Assembly (NCBI RefSeq): GCF_018977255.1
Contig: NW_024704742.1
Span: forward strand, 26,352,001-26,416,000
Source of the DNA: Callorhinchus milii
Lineage: Eukaryota
Direction of reading: 5' to 3'
DNA: 64,000 nt
Positions 63,726 through 64,000 of the stretch are shown here, in pieces. Every line of letters begins with the position of its first letter. Positions within the stretch are counted from its first letter, which is position 1. Position numbers and translations under genes: made by a program. Under the pieces are notes generated by a model. That model was not told the origin of the DNA and made no database searches. It worked only from the letters and a program-made list of their open reading frames with translations.

Positions 63726-64000
63726 CTACAAATGTATAGTCATTGTTTTGACACCATAAAGCAAATACAAAGATAAATAGGTAGTGTGCATTGTTTAACT
63801 GATTTAGTGGCTATTTTTAGTAATCAAGTGGATAGATCCTCCTTAGAGAACATCCACCTGTCATATATTTTTGTATGGATTAGTTTGTTATGCAAGAGGC
63901 ACAACTGGATTATGTAAAAACTATTTTACATTGACCGTGCAACCATGTCTCACTGTGCATAATCTATCTACAGCCGGTTTTCATCTTATTCAGTACACAG

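Overview
This is eukaryotic, AT-rich non-coding DNA, either a large intron or intergenic sequence. I found no intact protein-coding gene, rRNA, true tRNA gene or CRISPR array. The repeat repertoire points to a cartilaginous fish, plausibly a chimaera/elephant-shark-like genome (inference, no database check). It comprises about 20 truncated L2-clade LINE fragments with (TTG)n tails, CR1 fragments, a young tRNA-headed SINE with a (TTA)n tail in long and short subfamilies, older DeuSINE (SacSINE1/AmnSINE-like) copies, and a decayed Penelope-like element (RT C-terminus + GIY-YIG) with a degenerate hammerhead ribozyme motif. Most long ORFs in the track are L2/Penelope remnants or their antisense shadows. 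The most unusual signal is an unclassified ~270-nt repeat present in 7 copies that folds into several stems with strand asymmetry and apparent compensatory changes. Other signals are repeated head-to-head L2 fusions, a perfect 23-bp palindrome, several local duplications and a few unassigned splice-site-bounded micro-exon candidates. Repeat boundaries were read by eye and are approximate.
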